Source: Lingula anatina (lineage: Eukaryota; Animalia; Brachiopoda). Taken from it: 64,000 nt of DNA. The position numbers and the translations under genes are program-made. A model generated the notes under the pieces. That model was not told where the DNA came from. It saw nothing but the letters and a program-made list of their open reading frames with translations, and did not search any database. This document shows positions 60,036 to 64,000 of the stretch, one piece after another. The stretch's first letter is position 1. Each line of letters begins with the position of its first letter. The stretch lies in NCBI GenBank assembly GCA_051362555.1, contig CM120641.1:45638401-45702400 (forward strand), in the 5' to 3' direction.

Positions 60036-63000
60036 CAATAGTTAATTAAAGGCTAACACATGTTCCTGAGGGTGAACCTTCATACAAAGCACATACGAAG
60101 TACTCACTTCCTGAAATGCAGTATTGCATCAATATTTCAGTTCAACAAGAGTCTCTGTCTGAATGCGGCATTAATTGTGGCCATTAATTGATACCTAGAT
60201 ACAAAAGCAGTCGCATTTAACTAGTCATGATACGTTGACGCAGCATGCCAAAACTACTTACTGGCAGCATCTGGTCAATAATTTCAGTTTAATAACCAGA
60301 CCTGCAGAATCAGTTATAGATTGACACTTTACATTCTGAAATATCTTGATCTCTTTGTATAAAAAATATGGTTTGGATGAAATAAGATCAAGATCAATAT
60401 CTTCTTTAGTGATTGAAGGAGATTGTGTACAGTGTGTATCTTGAAATATCCCATTTGAGAGTGTTGCAGCTCTTGATTGACATGGCTGGCACTCCTTTTA
60501 CAAATTGATTGGAGCTTTTTTCACAGATATGGAACTGTCTAAAACTGTCATGGAATTGATAGGTATTCATATGGCAAATAAAGCCAAGTCTTGCTGTAGC
60601 CATGCCTTGAAGGTTATATGGAATGTTGGAGATGACCTTATGGGAACACAAAGTGCATTTTTTAAATAAAAATAGCATGCTCTCTGTACAGTGGTAAAAA
60701 TTGCATGTAAGCTTCAGACCAATTTAAGAACCAAGTTGTTAATTATTATTCCTTTTACAATACAACAGCGATATAAATTGGATGTTTGAGCGCATTTGTT
60801 CCTTATGTTTTTTTGTCAGTCTTTAAGAAGTATATTTCTTCACTGGTCATAAAGCCTGGTAATTAAAGCTGTCAAATCAAAGTTTGTTGGAAAGAACTGA
60901 AAGCTAGATTGTCAGCCATATGAGTATACTATCTCTGTGGACATCTCCAGATACAACTACTACCACAAAACAATCTAGAAGTGACAGTGCTGCCATCTAT
61001 CAGTCAAATCTGAGGAAGATCTCCAACCATGGAGATTGTAATCTAGCCATATATTGAAATGGCAGGGAAAGGCAATTTTAGTTACGATTGTATAATACAT
61101 GTTTTGTTGCTTTTGTAAAATGTACAATTTTAGTTTGTGAAGTAATAAAAGTGATTATTATAATAAGCGCAAATGTTAGGGTTCTTAATGAAGTGTTTTT
61201 CAAATAAAAAACAATATAACAGCTTCAATTTTTTCATGATAGCATATTGCAAACCAAATTTTTAATTTTTTAACCATTTTTTTTTTCTCAGCCAGAGAGT
61301 ATGGGCATTCTTCAAATATTTTCTTCATTTACACTGGCAGATTCAGAATATGGAGAAGGGAGAGGACAACAAAACATTAACGAAATTGGAATGTTTGTGA
61401 CCTATCCTGAAAATTAATTCATAAATTATTCTCAAAAGTCGAATACAAATCACAATAATTGTGCTCTTATAGAAATTTTGGCATACATAGACAGTTGAGA
61501 ATGAAATGGCACGCATCAGCTATGTAACTCAGATAATAAAGTCAATATTGAAAAGACCTACCTGTAATGTGAAAGCACCACAAAAAAACGTAAGCAGTAT
61601 TCTACTGGAGTCTGATTATAGATTATATGCAAAGAATTTGTATTTACAAAATGGACATAGCTAGGTTTACAGTTTCTGGCTCTCCAAATCATCACAACCG
61701 GTCCAGTGCTTTAGCCTGTAACTATAGCAACAAGTGTTTGGAAGAAAAAAATGTATCGATCACCCTTGGGATCTAATGACCTAGCTGACTAGCATAAGAA
61801 TTACAGTTATGAACATGGATTAAAAAAAAACAACACTGAAGTCTTATATTTTAAAGAACGTTTTCTTTTTCATTCTTTTTATTTCTTGTAACGAAACATA
61901 CTGGCATTGTGTCATAAATATAACAAGGTATAATTATGATATAGGTCTAGCTTCCACATGGGTGTATCCTGACAGTGTTAGGGTCCCTAGCCCAGGGCTT
62001 GGTTGTGTTAAACAAATTTTCACAATGAAAGTTGATTTGAAAATTCCCTAGCCAGAAGCAATATTACTACAAGTTCCAAAGCAAGACTACATTTGCCATG
62101 AGTCCCACAAGATGAAATTGTATGAACAGTAGGTTCAACCATTCATGTTCACCACATGTCCACAGAACAATGCCCGTTCAGGCATCTCATGGCAAACATA
62201 TCCTAGGTTTGAGGGACAAAGTCATTTTTATTTGTTTTAACACTGTAGGTGGGAATGGCTCTTTTTCTCTAAACTAGACTAGACTTTTAAGATGCCCCTC
62301 ACAAACAAATTTAGGGCCAGAGCAGCCAGATGAATTTTTGATTGCAGACACATGAGAAAACAATGTTGAATCACTGAACAGTTAACTATTCATGCAGCTA
62401 AAGCACATGATAGCAGCATTACACCAATTCTACACTCAAATCAACACAAAAATAACACTAGTGCTGCACCTTACAAGTTTACCAGTTACAGACTTGTGCG
62501 CAACAACATGCAAAAAGCAGTTTTAATATGACATACATAAAAAACAGTATATGTACTACAAAAAATGCTCTGATGCTATATCAAAATAGTACATTTTGTA
62601 AGACAAATAATTCCACTTTATTAATTTTGCAATTCTTCTTAAATGTGAATGAAAGCCAGCAAAACCAATGATTAAAGAAACATATCAATGGCCATTAAAA
62701 TTTATGACCACAACTTAACTTGTGTATAGATTTAACAGTTCAAAAAGTTAGTCTTCACATTAAAAATATGAAAATATCACTGGGAACATAATGCATGCAA
62801 TTAATGTGTCTTCTAGGAGACATATTATAACAATTAGATGTAAATATTTCAAATAAATGTATCATTATCCATACATCATTTAAGACTGAGACAGCAAGAA
62901 TGTTAAAAAATTACACTTCTGCAGCAAAACTTACAGTGATGAATTGATCTTTTTAATTGGGAAATTGTGAATTTTAGAGATACCATTTTTTTAGTAATAA

Positions 63001-63330
63001 ATTATTGAAAGTGGTTGTAACAAAACTGAAAAGGGGCTAACTTTAAGTTCTATTGTAAATAATAGAAATACCACAAATGCCTCAAAAAAACATTCTCAAT
63101 GATTTCAAAATAATGTTTATGAAAGATAAAAATTTTCCCCATTGAAAAGATCGAGCCATAACCATAAATTTCTTTTTAAGCCAAACTACACAACAAACTA
63201 AATTAAAACTTATGCCAATCATTTGCTGATAATAATTTTGGAATGCTAATGGGAGATTCAGTCCCCGTTTAACTAAAACACCACAGTGTCACACTAACTT
63301 CAGTGCCCCTTTAACTAAAACTATCGTTTA

Positions 63331-63508
63331 AAGGGTCATTCCCAATGAAAGAATCATTCTACGTAGATCATTCCAACTCCACAGGAACTCTTGCAGAATG
63401 CAATCAGATTATTCCAATGTACTCGTATAATCACTCACTTTTTCTGTATTCTACACAATGCCAGGGGAGGCTGTCAATCTGATTGCATTTAGCGAGGAGT
63501 CCCCAAGC
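63331..63508 (-). mobile_element. MITE family B copy
   Basis: ttttctgtattctac core in reverse orientation, with gaatgcaatcag / ctgattgcatt arms. Confidence 0.65.
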
Positions 63509-63769
63509 TATCAGACAGGTCTTCATAGAACAACAGTTTCACTGAGAGTGAGCACCTAACTCCAGCCATAGACAACTTTATAGAGAAGCTTAGGCATGTT
63601 TCACTAAACAACTTTGGACCCAAAGTTACTAAGACCAAAAACATTCAAGTTTATCAAGTTAAAGGAGTAGTAGTCCAATTAGGTGATAAATGCACGTTTC
63701 ATGTGAGAAAGAAATAAATTGTCAATATTTTGTCCGGCACAGTGTACAGTTACAATATTTTAGGTGGGC

Positions 63770-63921
63770 TACTGAAGCTGCTAGGGGGTAATTAATTATC
63801 GTTTAGCAGCTTCAGCAGGAGTGCCAGACATCTAAGCTGCTTAAGATGAAAACAATTTAGCGAGAAACCCCTCAGAGATAGATCGATCCTGTTAGATTGA
63901 CCTATGTATGGAAACCCAGTC
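63770..63921 (+). mobile_element. Fold-back MITE family A, right-half fragment
   Basis: gggggtaattaattatc...gacatctaagc...gagaaacccctcagagatagatcgatc...tggaaacccagtc. Confidence 0.8.
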
Positions 63922-64000
63922 CAATTTTTCTGTCTTAAGTCAACTAATTGGCCTTCAGTTCCTTTGTAAAACTACCTAAATAAAGTAACTTTTCTTCAGT

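Noticed and set aside
61200-64000. Possible 3' UTR of a convergent minus-strand gene
   Set aside because: Only compositional hints; no coding exon in the window.

Overview
This is AT-rich eukaryotic genomic DNA with GT-AG introns, microsatellites and many non-autonomous DNA transposons. An invertebrate, probably an echinoderm-like deuterostome, is inferred from the protein sequences and repeat style. Two complete head-to-head genes can be reconstructed exon by exon. The first is a front-end (cytochrome b5-fused) fatty-acid desaturase, FADS1/FADS2-like, on the minus strand: 10 coding exons, 30168->15011, 433 aa, with HPGG, HDYGH, HFQHH and QIEHH motifs. The second is a class III ubiquitin-conjugating enzyme UBE2E on the plus strand: 4 coding exons, 35825->58280, 219 aa, with a 19.7-kb intron. 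The introns hold a 2.5-kb Helentron/DINE-1-type element with a ~144-bp tandem array, a 2-kb TTAA (Kolobok-like) element, several MITE families and a perfect 62-bp palindrome. No recognisable gene was found in 1-13.5 kb or after 58.3 kb. Top leads are (a) nine transposon-borne consensus DR1/PPRE sites inside the desaturase gene, (b) a CpG-rich, strand-asymmetric stem-loop in the giant UBE2E intron, and (c) a duplicated intronic motif flanking the 51-nt UBE2E exon. All of this was read by eye; no searches were run.
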